Below are positions 47,147-56,428 of a DNA stretch of 64,000 nt, in pieces. Numbering within the stretch: position 1 is the first letter of the stretch; each line of letters opens with the position of its first letter. The translations under genes and the position numbers were made by a program. The notes under the pieces were generated by a model. The model was not told where the DNA came from. It worked only from the letters and a program-made list of their open reading frames with translations, and ran no database searches. Source of the DNA: a bacterium (GTDB lineage Bacteria > Patescibacteriota > JABMPQ01 > JAUVWW01); the NCBI GenBank assembly GCA_030603885.1, contig JAUVWW010000001.1, positions 135,242-199,241 of the forward strand, written 5' to 3'.

Positions 47147-47994
47147 AAAAACAAGCACAAATTGGAATTATTGGAGGATCTGGGCTTTACGAATTATTAG
47201 AAAAGCCAAAAGAAATAGAAGTAAAGACTCCTTATGGAAAGCCCTCGGACAAAATTACTTTAGGGGAATATGCTGGAAAAAAAGTTGCTTTTTTGCCCAG
47301 GCATGGAAAAAAGCATCAGTTTGCTCCTCATAAAATACCATACAGAGCTAATATCTATGCTTTTAAGAAACTAGGAATAAAAAGAATTATTGCTCCTTGT
47401 GCTGCAGGAAGCTTAACTCCAAAATTTAAACCAGGAGATTTTGTAATTTGTGATCAGTTTATAGATCGAACTAAGGGAAGAGAAGATACTTTTTATGATG
47501 ATCCTCAGAAGTCTCATAATTTAGCCAAAAGCCTGGGATTCAAAAAGAAAATTTCTTCAGTAGTCCATATCTCTTGCGTTGATCCTTATTGTCCCGAGCT
47601 ACGAAAGATAGCTTTTGATACTGCAAAAAAACTAAAAATTCAAGCTCATCCAAAAGGAACAGTAGTAGTAATTAACGGTCCCAGATTTTCTACTCGAGCC
47701 GAATCCCGCTTTTATTCTAGCCAAGGTTTTGATATAATTAATATGACCCAATATCCTGAAGTTGTATTAGCTAGAGAATTAGAGATGTGTTATGTGACTA
47801 TTGTTTTGATAACTGACTTTGATGCTGGACTTGAGGGAATGCAAGATATTTATCCAGTAACTTTCGAGGAATTGGTCAAAGTTTTTAAAGCCAATATTGA
47901 TAAAGTAAAGAAATTGATCTTCAAAATGATTGAAGATATGCCCGAGAAAAGAATATGTGAATGTGGACAGGCGCTAGAGAAAGCAATGGTATAA
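47143..47994 (+). CDS. mtnP: 5'-methylthioadenosine / purine nucleoside phosphorylase (PNP/MTAP family)
   Basis: IGIIGGSGLYEL N-terminus, FLPRHG phosphate-binding motif; ATGA overlap with upstream stop. Confidence 0.8.
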   Translation: MKKQAQIGIIGGSGLYELLEKPKEIEVKTPYGKPSDKITLGEYAGKKVAFLPRHGKKHQFAPHKIPYRANIYAFKKLGIKRIIAPCAAGSLTPKFKPGDFVICDQFIDRTKGREDTFYDDPQKSHNLAKSLGFKKKISSVVHISCVDPYCPELRKIAFDTAKKLKIQAHPKGTVVVINGPRFSTRAESRFYSSQGFDIINMTQYPEVVLARELEMCYVTIVLITDFDAGLEGMQDIYPVTFEELVKVFKANIDKVKKLIFKMIEDMPEKRICECGQALEKAMV

Positions 47995-48024
47995 CTAATA
48001 ACTTAATAATTAATACAAAAACCT

Positions 48025-49284
48025 ATGAAAAACTATGACATTAAAGATCCAAAACTTGCCTCAAAGGGGAAAATTCGTTTTCAGTGGTCTGAATCTCGAA
48101 TGCCAACTTTAAGGCTGATCAGAGATCGATTTCAAAAACAAAAGCTATTCAAGGACATCAACATCTCTGCTTGTCTTCATGTAACTGCAGAAACAGCAGT
48201 ACTGATGTCTGTTCTAAAAGCAGGTGGAGCAAACATTGCTCTTTGTGCCTCAAATCCGCTCTCCACTCAGGATGACATTGCTGCTTTTCTGGCTAAAAAT
48301 CTTAAGATTGGTCTTTTTGCTATCAAGGGAGAAAGCGGAGCTGCTTATTTTAGGCATATAAAAAATGCTCTAAAAATAAAACCAAACATCACCATGGATG
48401 ATGGAGCTGATTTGGTCTCTACTTTACATGATCAAAAACCTTGGTTAGTAAAAGATGTTTTAGGAGGAACTGAAGAGACAACTACTGGCCTGGTCAGACT
48501 TAGAGCTATGGAGAAGAAAGGGATTTTAGCTTATCCTATTATCGCTGTTAACGATGCTCAGACAAAAAGATTTTTTGACAATAGATACGGAACAGGACAG
48601 TCAACATTAGATGGAATACTCAGAGCCGTAAATGTTCTTTTAGCTGGAAAAAACGTGGTTATTTGTGGTTATGGCTGGTGTGGAAAAGGAGTTGCTTTGA
48701 GAATGCATGGTATGGGAGCAAATGTCATTGTCTGTGAGATAAATCCAGTAAAAGCCCTGGAAGCTTCCATGGACGGACATCACGTTATGCCTATAAATCG
48801 GGCGGCTAGGATAGGGGATATCTTTATTACCACTACTGGTGATATTAATGTCATTGACAAAAAGCATTTTGGATTAATGAAAGATGGAGCCATTTTATGT
48901 AATGCTGGTCATTTTAATGTAGAGATTAATACAAAAGCTTTAAGAAAAATGGCTAAGAAAGTAAGAAAGACGCGTGAAAATGTAGAAGAATTTACTTTGA
49001 GAAATGGTAAAAGACTCAATCTCTTAGCCCAAGGAAGACTGGTTAATCTTTCTTGTGCCGAAGGTCATCCAGCTGAGGTAATGGATATGAGCTTTGCCAA
49101 TCAATCACTATGTGCTGAATATCTAGTTAAACGAGGTCTTTCTTTAGAAAACAAAGTTTTAGGAGTGCCTAATGAAATTGATCAAAGAGTAGCTCGACTA
49201 AAGCTCAAATCTTTAGGTATCAGAATAGATCGATTGACAAAGCAACAAGAGAAATATCTTAAATCTTGGAGAATGGGGACTTAG
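48025..49284 (+). CDS. ahcY: adenosylhomocysteinase
   Basis: NAD Rossmann motif GYGWCGKG; length and pattern of SAH hydrolase. Confidence 0.85.
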   Translation: MKNYDIKDPKLASKGKIRFQWSESRMPTLRLIRDRFQKQKLFKDINISACLHVTAETAVLMSVLKAGGANIALCASNPLSTQDDIAAFLAKNLKIGLFAIKGESGAAYFRHIKNALKIKPNITMDDGADLVSTLHDQKPWLVKDVLGGTEETTTGLVRLRAMEKKGILAYPIIAVNDAQTKRFFDNRYGTGQSTLDGILRAVNVLLAGKNVVICGYGWCGKGVALRMHGMGANVIVCEINPVKALEASMDGHHVMPINRAARIGDIFITTTGDINVIDKKHFGLMKDGAILCNAGHFNVEINTKALRKMAKKVRKTRENVEEFTLRNGKRLNLLAQGRLVNLSCAEGHPAEVMDMSFANQSLCAEYLVKRGLSLENKVLGVPNEIDQRVARLKLKSLGIRIDRLTKQQEKYLKSWRMGT

Positions 49285-49356
49285 AAAATTAAAAATGCAA
49301 AATTAAGAGAGCCTTTTTCGGCTCTTTTAATTTTTACTAGATCGCTGAGTTATTAG

Positions 49357-50163
49357 TTACTTCATGACCGAATATCCAGCCTCAATCCAAGCCTCAAAAC
49401 CACCGGCTATTTCTTTAACCTTCTCGAAGTTCTTAATTAATAAATATTGACAAGCTAGTTTACTCTGGTGTCCTGTTTTTGAATACATAATAATTTCTTT
49501 ATCCTTGGAAAGCTTGTCCAATTGACTAGAAATCTGATCTAAAGGCAAGGAGTGAGCTTTTTCAATATGACCTGCTTTGTATTCTTCTTTTTCTCGTACA
49601 TCTATAAGATATATATCTTGGTTAGTATCAAGTTTAATTTTCAACTGAGCTGGACTGATACTTTCTACCTTTGCTTCTTGGGTAGCTGAAGCTATGTATT
49701 CTCCTTCTAGGGGATAGCCTTGAGCTTCCCAGCCAGAAATACCTGTTTTCATGTCTTTGACATTGGAAAATCCTAACTCCAAAAGCACCTGGGCCACCTG
49801 GGTTGATGATTGACAACCAGTGGTATAACAAAGGACAATAATCTCTTTGTCTTGAGGTAAATCCGAATATCTAACATAGATTTCATCTTGAGGCATAGAA
49901 AGAGAACCTTTTATGTATTTGGTTTTATAATCTTCTCTGGATCTTGTATCTAAAATTATAATATCTTCACCTGCATCTAGTTTTTGCTTTACTTCTTCTG
50001 AAGAAATTACAGGAACCTGCGATTCTTTCAATTGAGAAGAACCCTCTTTAGGCTTAGCTCTAAAATGAGAAAGATAAAAAACAAAACCTAAGCCTACTGC
50101 TAGAACCATAAATAGCAAGATGATTTTATCTTTAAAATCAGATTGTTTTGTTTCTTCTGCCAT
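49357..50163 (-). CDS. tandem rhodanese-domain sulfurtransferase, N-terminal TM anchor
   Basis: Two rhodanese active-site Cys loops (CYTTGCQSS and SKTGHQSKLA regions), hydrophobic N-terminal helix. Confidence 0.65.
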   Translation of the reverse strand: MAEETKQSDFKDKIILLFMVLAVGLGFVFYLSHFRAKPKEGSSQLKESQVPVISSEEVKQKLDAGEDIIILDTRSREDYKTKYIKGSLSMPQDEIYVRYSDLPQDKEIIVLCYTTGCQSSTQVAQVLLELGFSNVKDMKTGISGWEAQGYPLEGEYIASATQEAKVESISPAQLKIKLDTNQDIYLIDVREKEEYKAGHIEKAHSLPLDQISSQLDKLSKDKEIIMYSKTGHQSKLACQYLLIKNFEKVKEIAGGFEAWIEAGYSVMK

Positions 50164-50166
50164 GGA

Positions 50167-51123
50167 TTATTTTAGAATAGCTCCTACAATTTTAGAATAT
50201 CCTCTTAGGAATTCCTTAGCAGACATTTTTTTCTTACCTTCAAGCTGCAATTTCTCTATTATTAAATATTTTTTACCGCAAGCCACAGCTAACCCTTTAT
50301 TTTGAGTTAAAAAGACTCTACCTGGTTTGTACTTCTTCTCAATTTTTTTAGTCCCTACTTTAGCCCTGATTATCTTCAGCCTTCTTTTATCCCAGATTGT
50401 CCAAGAGCTAGGCCAAGGCCAAAAAGCTCTAATCTGTCTTTCTATTTCTTCTTGAGATTTTTTCCAATCTATTTTTCCATCTTCTCGCTTCAAGATTTTT
50501 GTATATGTAGCCTGGGAATGATTCTGTAATTTTGGCTTTATTTTGCCCTCAAACCACTTGGATAAAGTCTCAGACAATACTTTAGCACCAAGCTTAGCTA
50601 ACCGATCATGTAAAGACTCACCAGTCTCATTATTATATATCTTTATCTTTTTTTGTGCAAGGATTGGTCCATGATCCATTTTCTCATCCATTAACATAGC
50701 AGTAATTCCTGTTTCTTTTTCACCTTCTAAAATAACAGCTTGAATAGGGGAGGCTCCTCTGTATTTAGGGAGTAGGGAAGCATGGACATTAATTGAGCCA
50801 TATTTTTGAATCTCTAAAGTTTCCTTGGGAATAATCTGGCCATAGGCAGCTACCACAATCAGATCTGGTTTTAGAGATTTTATCTCTTCTATAACTATCT
50901 TGTCTTTTAGAGTTTCTGGCTGATGAACAGGGATATTATGTTTTATGGCTTCTTTTTTAGTTGGAGAAAAAACTATTTTCTGCTTTCTTCCTACTTTTTT
51001 ATCTGGCTGGCAAAATACAGCTTTAACATTCCATTTATTTGTCAGGAGATTAGATAAAATCTCAGCTGCAAAATCAGGTGTGCCCATGAAGACAAGATTG
51101 TAATTCTGTTTTTTGATGGCCAT
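50167..51123 (-). CDS. fmt: methionyl-tRNA formyltransferase
   Basis: Formyltransferase N-domain (VFMGTPDFA...SLLPKYRGASPIQ) with C-terminal Fmt domain. Confidence 0.85.
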   Translation of the reverse strand: MAIKKQNYNLVFMGTPDFAAEILSNLLTNKWNVKAVFCQPDKKVGRKQKIVFSPTKKEAIKHNIPVHQPETLKDKIVIEEIKSLKPDLIVVAAYGQIIPKETLEIQKYGSINVHASLLPKYRGASPIQAVILEGEKETGITAMLMDEKMDHGPILAQKKIKIYNNETGESLHDRLAKLGAKVLSETLSKWFEGKIKPKLQNHSQATYTKILKREDGKIDWKKSQEEIERQIRAFWPWPSSWTIWDKRRLKIIRAKVGTKKIEKKYKPGRVFLTQNKGLAVACGKKYLIIEKLQLEGKKKMSAKEFLRGYSKIVGAILK

Positions 51124-51389
51124 GTTGATATTATAGTAAAAATGTTTAAAGTATAGACATATAATTTAGATATGTTATACTACTAAATGGCCGTCTATTC
51201 TACTTTTTTTCTCAAGACGTGCCACAAACCCACAACAAGGAGGTACCAATTGAAAAGGCTATTTTGCTTAATGTAAGGTAAGCAAGAAGCCATGCCTGGT
51301 TCAAGATTCAAGAAAAGTTTCTTGGACCCACCCGAGGGGATGGAATATTATATATATCCTCTCGGGTCTTTTATTTTACAACAAACTTT

Positions 51390-51851
51390 TTATTTTACTA
51401 TTCGCCACTCGATATCTTCTTCTTTTCCAGCAAATTCTAACCATCTGCCATTTTCATCAATAACATACCATCTTCTCTTAGTCTCTGACCAAACCATGGG
51501 ATCTTCTCGATAAAATGGTTTTTTAACAATTTCTTTGGGTTTTAGCCGATCTAATTCCAGCCATTTTTTAAAAACAGTTTCAATGGCATAATCTAGATTT
51601 CTTGATTTAGCCCACTTGGCCACCTTGTCAATTGCTTGCTTGGCTTTTTTTACTGAGCCTGCTAACTCTAAAAGTTGTTTGGCTGGTCTGGTAAATCTTG
51701 AATAAATTATTTTTTTCTTTTTAGCATCTTTTTTAATCTCATCCAAAGTCAAACCTTTGGTATAAAAATAATGATTAACGATTTCTTGAATAGCAGTCTC
51801 TTTCTCTTCTTTTTCTTTTTTCTTTTTAATTTTTTTAGTTTGTTTCTTCAT
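51390..51851 (-). CDS. hypothetical K-rich protein
   Basis: ORF only. Confidence 0.35.
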   Translation of the reverse strand: MKKQTKKIKKKKEKEEKETAIQEIVNHYFYTKGLTLDEIKKDAKKKKIIYSRFTRPAKQLLELAGSVKKAKQAIDKVAKWAKSRNLDYAIETVFKKWLELDRLKPKEIVKKPFYREDPMVWSETKRRWYVIDENGRWLEFAGKEEDIEWRIVK

Positions 51852-52365
51852 ATTTTTCTGCGGTAAATCTATAGAGTACTAACTGTTCCATTTCTGGATT
51901 TATTCCTCCTTTTTGACAAGCAATAATGATCTGCTTTTCTGGGGTATCGATTCCTTCTAAATCTGGTAATAGAAGTCCGGACCTTCCATCCAAAGTTTTT
52001 ACTAGAACTCCATATTTTTTAGGATCCAGTTTATCTAAACTCTTCACTTGCTTTGGAGGATTCAAAATATAAACTGTGTAAGAAAGATATTTAAGTTTGT
52101 CTTTGGTAACTGGTTCAAAACGATGATCCCGAGTAGCAGCAGATATAGCATTAGAAATTATCTCATCAGCAATATTATCTTTGGTGGGAAGATAGGTTCC
52201 AACACATCCACAAAGATTTTTTTCTTTACCTCGACAGATACACAAAGAAACAAAAGTACCAGCTTTTCTTTCAAAAACTTTGTCTTTAGGTAAATCAATA
52301 ATCTTACCGGTCTTTATATAAGTTTCTACTGCTTTTTTAGCTAGCTTGATATAAGAGTGAGACAT
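51835..52365 (-). CDS. AMMECR1 domain protein (AmmeMemoRadiSam system protein A-like)
   Basis: Conserved CGCVG motif (LCGCVGTYLP) and RDHRF motif of the AMMECR1 family. Confidence 0.7.
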   Translation of the reverse strand: MSHSYIKLAKKAVETYIKTGKIIDLPKDKVFERKAGTFVSLCICRGKEKNLCGCVGTYLPTKDNIADEIISNAISAATRDHRFEPVTKDKLKYLSYTVYILNPPKQVKSLDKLDPKKYGVLVKTLDGRSGLLLPDLEGIDTPEKQIIIACQKGGINPEMEQLVLYRFTAEKYEETN

Positions 52366-52370
52366 AAGTC

Positions 52371-53069
52371 CTAGGCATTAGACCTAAAGAATCTCTTAGA
52401 TAAAACATACCTTGGATTAACCAGGGTTTTCAAAACAGAAACTTTTCTTTTGGCAACTAGCCAGTCTAAAACAGAGTTAATCACTAGATAAAATACCCAA
52501 ATCCCAGCACAAAACAGCGCTCTTTCCATAAAGACAACCGGAATTAAGCCTATCCAAACTGGAGCTGGTAGATTAAAAGCGTAAAGAAAAGCAGTTGATC
52601 CTATAGCATGGGCTGTAAAGGTTGAGCCTAAAGCGTTTAGAACTAGCCTGTCCTTTTTAAAGAAACAGGCTATAGGAATTAACCAATATAATGAAAAATA
52701 CCAGGCTTGTCTTCCTTCAGGGTGAAGCATAAACAAGACTATACAGAGTAGGGGAATGGCTAAGATAATTTTTTTCGATTTTGGTATTCCAAAATAAACA
52801 GCAGCTAACATCATAGGAAAGAATCGAATCAAAGTAGTTATATCAAAGGTTTGATGTTTAATTAACACATTAAACAGTTTTACAAAAAACACGGATACAG
52901 CTGCTGGCCAAGCTCCTAGAAACATTCCCGAGGTTGGACCTAGAAATTCAAAAGGAGTAAAAGATTGCTTTGAGCCAACAATAGAGGAGATAGGAATTTG
53001 GGAAATTGCTAACCCAATGGCTATAAAAATGACAATGAATAAGATTTTCTTTTTGGTGATTTTTTTCAT
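52371..53069 (-). CDS. polytopic membrane protein
   Basis: About 6 hydrophobic helices; no family motif recognised. Confidence 0.35.
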   Translation of the reverse strand: MKKITKKKILFIVIFIAIGLAISQIPISSIVGSKQSFTPFEFLGPTSGMFLGAWPAAVSVFFVKLFNVLIKHQTFDITTLIRFFPMMLAAVYFGIPKSKKIILAIPLLCIVLFMLHPEGRQAWYFSLYWLIPIACFFKKDRLVLNALGSTFTAHAIGSTAFLYAFNLPAPVWIGLIPVVFMERALFCAGIWVFYLVINSVLDWLVAKRKVSVLKTLVNPRYVLSKRFFRSNA

Positions 53070-53097
53070 AGTCTTTTGTTAATTACTAAATTATAAG

Positions 53098-53859
53098 TTA
53101 TTTATTATAATCTTTAAACAAACATTCCTTTTGAGACATAATCAATTGCTTAGTCAAATATCTTGGAGATTTGTTAGATAATTTGATAGGTGTATTTCTA
53201 ATAATCACTATTGGCATTTTTTCTTTAGTCTCACCCATAATTATTGTAGCACTTGATGCCAGATTGTCTGCCACATTTTCTTGGGTAATGCTAATTTTTC
53301 TTCCATAAAGATCTAACTTGCCCCTGGCATCTTGAACTCCTTCAAAACCAGCAATAACTAAAGCCACGCCAAAGGTACCACACCTCAAGGGATGACAATT
53401 TGAATCTCTGACTATTACACCCACATTAACCTTAAATTTATTTTTGATATATTTCTTAATTCTATCCACCCAAACATAAGAATTTTTTGGCCATAAAATA
53501 GCAAATTTTCTTGGAGCATTTGACTGATCTACACCACCGTTAGCAATCAGTACATTATCTTTTAGAGTGAGTATGGCTTTTGGTACGCCACCAATAATCT
53601 TGTCTGCTTCGCCTAAAACAATTTGAGCAAAAGCTGGGCCAATAGAATATTTTTTAGCTAGAACTTTGGCTTTTTTTGTCGGTTTAACCTTTCTTAGATC
53701 TACTATTCTATTTTCAGAAAGAGCTAATATTTTGGAAGCAACCACTATTATATCACTATTTTTAAGCCTTATCTTTTTTCTCGTGATGACATCTGCCAAG
53801 ATCTTTAAAATGTCATCTTTTGGCTTAATTAAAGGAAATTTGAGAGGAATTAGTTCCAT
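53098..53859 (-). CDS. CofE-like (F420-0:gamma-glutamyl ligase family) protein
   Basis: ANGGVDQSN motif corresponds to the CofE ANAGID(E/Q)SN signature; about 250 aa. Confidence 0.55.
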   Translation of the reverse strand: MELIPLKFPLIKPKDDILKILADVITRKKIRLKNSDIIVVASKILALSENRIVDLRKVKPTKKAKVLAKKYSIGPAFAQIVLGEADKIIGGVPKAILTLKDNVLIANGGVDQSNAPRKFAILWPKNSYVWVDRIKKYIKNKFKVNVGVIVRDSNCHPLRCGTFGVALVIAGFEGVQDARGKLDLYGRKISITQENVADNLASSATIIMGETKEKMPIVIIRNTPIKLSNKSPRYLTKQLIMSQKECLFKDYNK

Positions 53860-53861
53860 AT

Positions 53862-54653
53862 TTAAAATTTAAAATTTGCCACCAAGTACCCGACTCCGAA
53901 CGGACCTTCATAAGACAAAATTTCTGGTTTATAGTCTATTTTATCCAAAATTCCTAATAAAACAATTATCGAACGTAGTCCACATTCTCCAGCTTCTTCA
54001 ATTAATCCAGGATCTAGGTTTAGAATACTTTTAACATCGTTCTTTTTAAGTAAATCAATCAATTTTTCGTCAAATTCTTTTCCTCTGGGAGAATATCCTG
54101 CTGGAGCGTCGAAAGTTAGCCGGTGAGATAAATCACCAGAAGCTACTACAGCGATTCTTTCATCAGCATGTTTGATTGCTTTGTGTAACATTTGACCAAA
54201 TTGAAAATGGGTCGGAAGATCAAGTAGAGTAAAACTAATTACCACCAGTTTTAATTTTGGTACTTTTCTGGTGAGATAATATAAGGGTACCAACGTGCCA
54301 TGATCCAAATCTGAATAATCAAGAGCCTGGACTGGCATTTTTTCTTTTTTAGCATCATCTAGAATGTCTTTTATCAATTCTTGGTCTGTCTCAAAACTTA
54401 GCTCTGTTCCAAAGTCTCCAAACTGGCCAAAGTTTCCAGAAAGTATTTTTGGTTTGACTATTCCAAAAGCTTGGGACAGAGTAGGGGCATGAGGAGAAAT
54501 AACTACCACCGTCTCAGGTTTTGTCTGAACAAATTCTTTGTTCAACTTTTCTAAAGCTTTAACCGTACTTGAAATCTTCTCAAGCTCTGGACCTCCAATG
54601 GTTGGAATGAGTAAAGGAGGATGAGGACAAATTGAAGAAAATACTAAAGTCAT
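53862..54653 (-). CDS. MEMO1-like / AmmeMemoRadiSam system protein B-like (class III extradiol dioxygenase fold)
   Basis: About 263 aa with His-containing motifs (ISPHAPT, DLDHGTLVP, SGDLSHRL) typical of the MEMO/LigB-like fold. Confidence 0.55.
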   Translation of the reverse strand: MTLVFSSICPHPPLLIPTIGGPELEKISSTVKALEKLNKEFVQTKPETVVVISPHAPTLSQAFGIVKPKILSGNFGQFGDFGTELSFETDQELIKDILDDAKKEKMPVQALDYSDLDHGTLVPLYYLTRKVPKLKLVVISFTLLDLPTHFQFGQMLHKAIKHADERIAVVASGDLSHRLTFDAPAGYSPRGKEFDEKLIDLLKKNDVKSILNLDPGLIEEAGECGLRSIIVLLGILDKIDYKPEILSYEGPFGVGYLVANFKF

Positions 54654-54659
54654 GGATAT

Positions 54660-55688
54660 CTATTTCTCGGTAAAAAATTTAATTAAATTTTTCTTGAATA
54701 AACGGCTCTTTAACAGTAATGTTAATAATCTAAAGCCCAAATAAGTGACAATTTTACAATTCTTGTAAAGAGATACTATTTTTTCTTCTTGTTCTTTTGC
54801 TTTTAAAATCTCTTGCAATTTTTTGAATTTATAATTAGGGTCAATTATCTTTTTGGCTATTTCTATTCCTGATATCATGGCTGGATGCATACCTTCTCCT
54901 GTGAGACCAGAGGCTAGCCCCGCGGCATCGCCAATTAAAAATTTATTGCCAAATTCTACTCCTTGATAGTCATAATTTATTAAAGCTGTCTGAAGTTTAG
55001 CTTTATCAATATTAAAAGGAAGTTCCTTACACCACCTTTCAAAATTTTTCCTTAGAATATTAATTTTAAACAATCTGGGATCAGCACTCACACCTATAGA
55101 TGTATAATCTTGATGGGGGAATATCCAGGCATAACAGGATCCAAATCTTTTTGGATCTAGGAATATTTGTAATTCATTAAATTTTGCTTTCGAAATATAT
55201 TGGATAGCCAACACTATCTTTTTCGATTTCAAACCAAAAGAATTTCTGACAATAGAATTACTCCCATCAGCTCCCACTAAGTATTTAAAATAAACTCTCT
55301 TGCCATTATTTAATGATACATAATCATCTGAAATACCCACCACTTTTGAATTTAACCAAATATCTGCTCCCGCCTTTTGTGTTAGCCCAAATTGCCATCT
55401 TAAAAGTTTCTTTCGATCACATGTCCAAACAAAAGGTTCATCGGCTTGAATTTTTATTAGATGATCATAAATACGGATAGTAACCGAACAAAATTCTTGT
55501 TCTGTAACCCATTTAGGAATTTTAAGTTCTCTAAAATCTTTTTTAGTCAATCCACCAGCACAAACTTTTTCGCCAATCTCTTTATCCTTTTCTAAAACAA
55601 GAACTTTTTTATTATTTTCTGCTAAAACTTTAGCAGCTGTCAGGCCTGCTGGTCCAGCTCCAACTATAATAATATCGTATTTATCCAT
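54660..55688 (-). CDS. geranylgeranyl reductase family FAD-dependent oxidoreductase
   Basis: N-terminal FAD GxGxxG (IIVGAGPAGLTAA), about 340 aa, GDAAG motif (FLIGDAAGLASGLTGEG) characteristic of GGR/ChlP-like enzymes. Confidence 0.65.
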   Translation of the reverse strand: MDKYDIIIVGAGPAGLTAAKVLAENNKKVLVLEKDKEIGEKVCAGGLTKKDFRELKIPKWVTEQEFCSVTIRIYDHLIKIQADEPFVWTCDRKKLLRWQFGLTQKAGADIWLNSKVVGISDDYVSLNNGKRVYFKYLVGADGSNSIVRNSFGLKSKKIVLAIQYISKAKFNELQIFLDPKRFGSCYAWIFPHQDYTSIGVSADPRLFKINILRKNFERWCKELPFNIDKAKLQTALINYDYQGVEFGNKFLIGDAAGLASGLTGEGMHPAMISGIEIAKKIIDPNYKFKKLQEILKAKEQEEKIVSLYKNCKIVTYLGFRLLTLLLKSRLFKKNLIKFFTEK

Positions 55689-55690
55689 TT

Positions 55691-55753
55691 ATTTTAATAT
55701 CAAATCCAATCTCTCTCCACACTTCGGACATTTTCCGTCTTTATCAAATCTCT
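55691..55753. repeat. relic copy of the 3' end of the radical SAM (amrS) gene, about 63 nt, roughly 5 mismatches to 56431..56493
   Basis: Aligned by eye: atcaaatccaat(c/t)tctctccacactt...acattttccgtctttatcaaatctct present at both loci. Confidence 0.75.
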
Positions 55754-55766
55754 CGATCTCATATCC

Positions 55767-55816
55767 GGAATGAGTAATGGAGGATGAGGACAAATTGAAG
55801 AAAAGACTAAAGTCAT
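55767..55816. repeat. relic copy of the 5' end of the MEMO-like (amrB) gene, 50 nt, 2 mismatches to 54604..54653
   Basis: ggaatgagtaa(a/t)ggaggatgaggacaaattgaagaaaa(t/g)actaaagtcat present at both loci. Confidence 0.8.
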
Positions 55817-55882
55817 ATGAAATCCTTGACAAATTATTTTATATATGCTACACTGTTACAAAATTAAGAAAGGAGGTCAAGA

Positions 55883-56371
55883 ATGAGAAAATGGGAAGAT
55901 TTGTCCTTGCGAAGACGGGTATTTATCATGTCACTCTGCGTAGTAGTATTCTTTACCTTTATCTTTGGATTTGTTTATGTAGTTGAACGCAATGCCAAGC
56001 TTGAAGAAGAGAGACTTAAGAAATTAGCATCAGTTGAGGAGGCACGGATGGGGGCAAAAAAAGGCAGTAGCCGGATGGGTGTAACCGCTCCAGTTTTAGA
56101 TTATGAATTTATTCATCGATGGTGGTGGACTGATAAAGTTATCCTGAAGGCGAATATGCATGGTGACATTATTGAATATCACGAATACTATCTCTTTGAG
56201 ATCACTGTCCATGTCTCTGACACCTTAGAATGTGCCCATCTTGCATTTAAAGAAAAGCTTGAGTGGGAGAGAGCCGGCGGATGGAGTAATAAACCTACTA
56301 AATTAATCTGGAAAAAACAAATGCCACCAAATGGAAAAATCCATTTGTTTATTCCAAGAAAATGCTCCTAA
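55883..56371 (+). CDS. hypothetical protein with one TM helix
   Basis: ORF only; lies between the relic repeats and the radical SAM gene. Confidence 0.3.
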   Translation: MRKWEDLSLRRRVFIMSLCVVVFFTFIFGFVYVVERNAKLEEERLKKLASVEEARMGAKKGSSRMGVTAPVLDYEFIHRWWWTDKVILKANMHGDIIEYHEYYLFEITVHVSDTLECAHLAFKEKLEWERAGGWSNKPTKLIWKKQMPPNGKIHLFIPRKCS

Positions 56372-56428
56372 AAATAGTCGAGATTATGAGACCCTTATTA
56401 CTTCTCAAGAAGTGTAAGGGTCTTCTTT

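Noticed and set aside
51292-51513. Plus-strand 73-aa ORF in the fmt upstream intergenic region
   Set aside because: It spans a strong hairpin and T-run and overlaps the 3' end of the minus-strand gene 51390..51851. It has no RBS and low-complexity composition, so it is likely non-coding.
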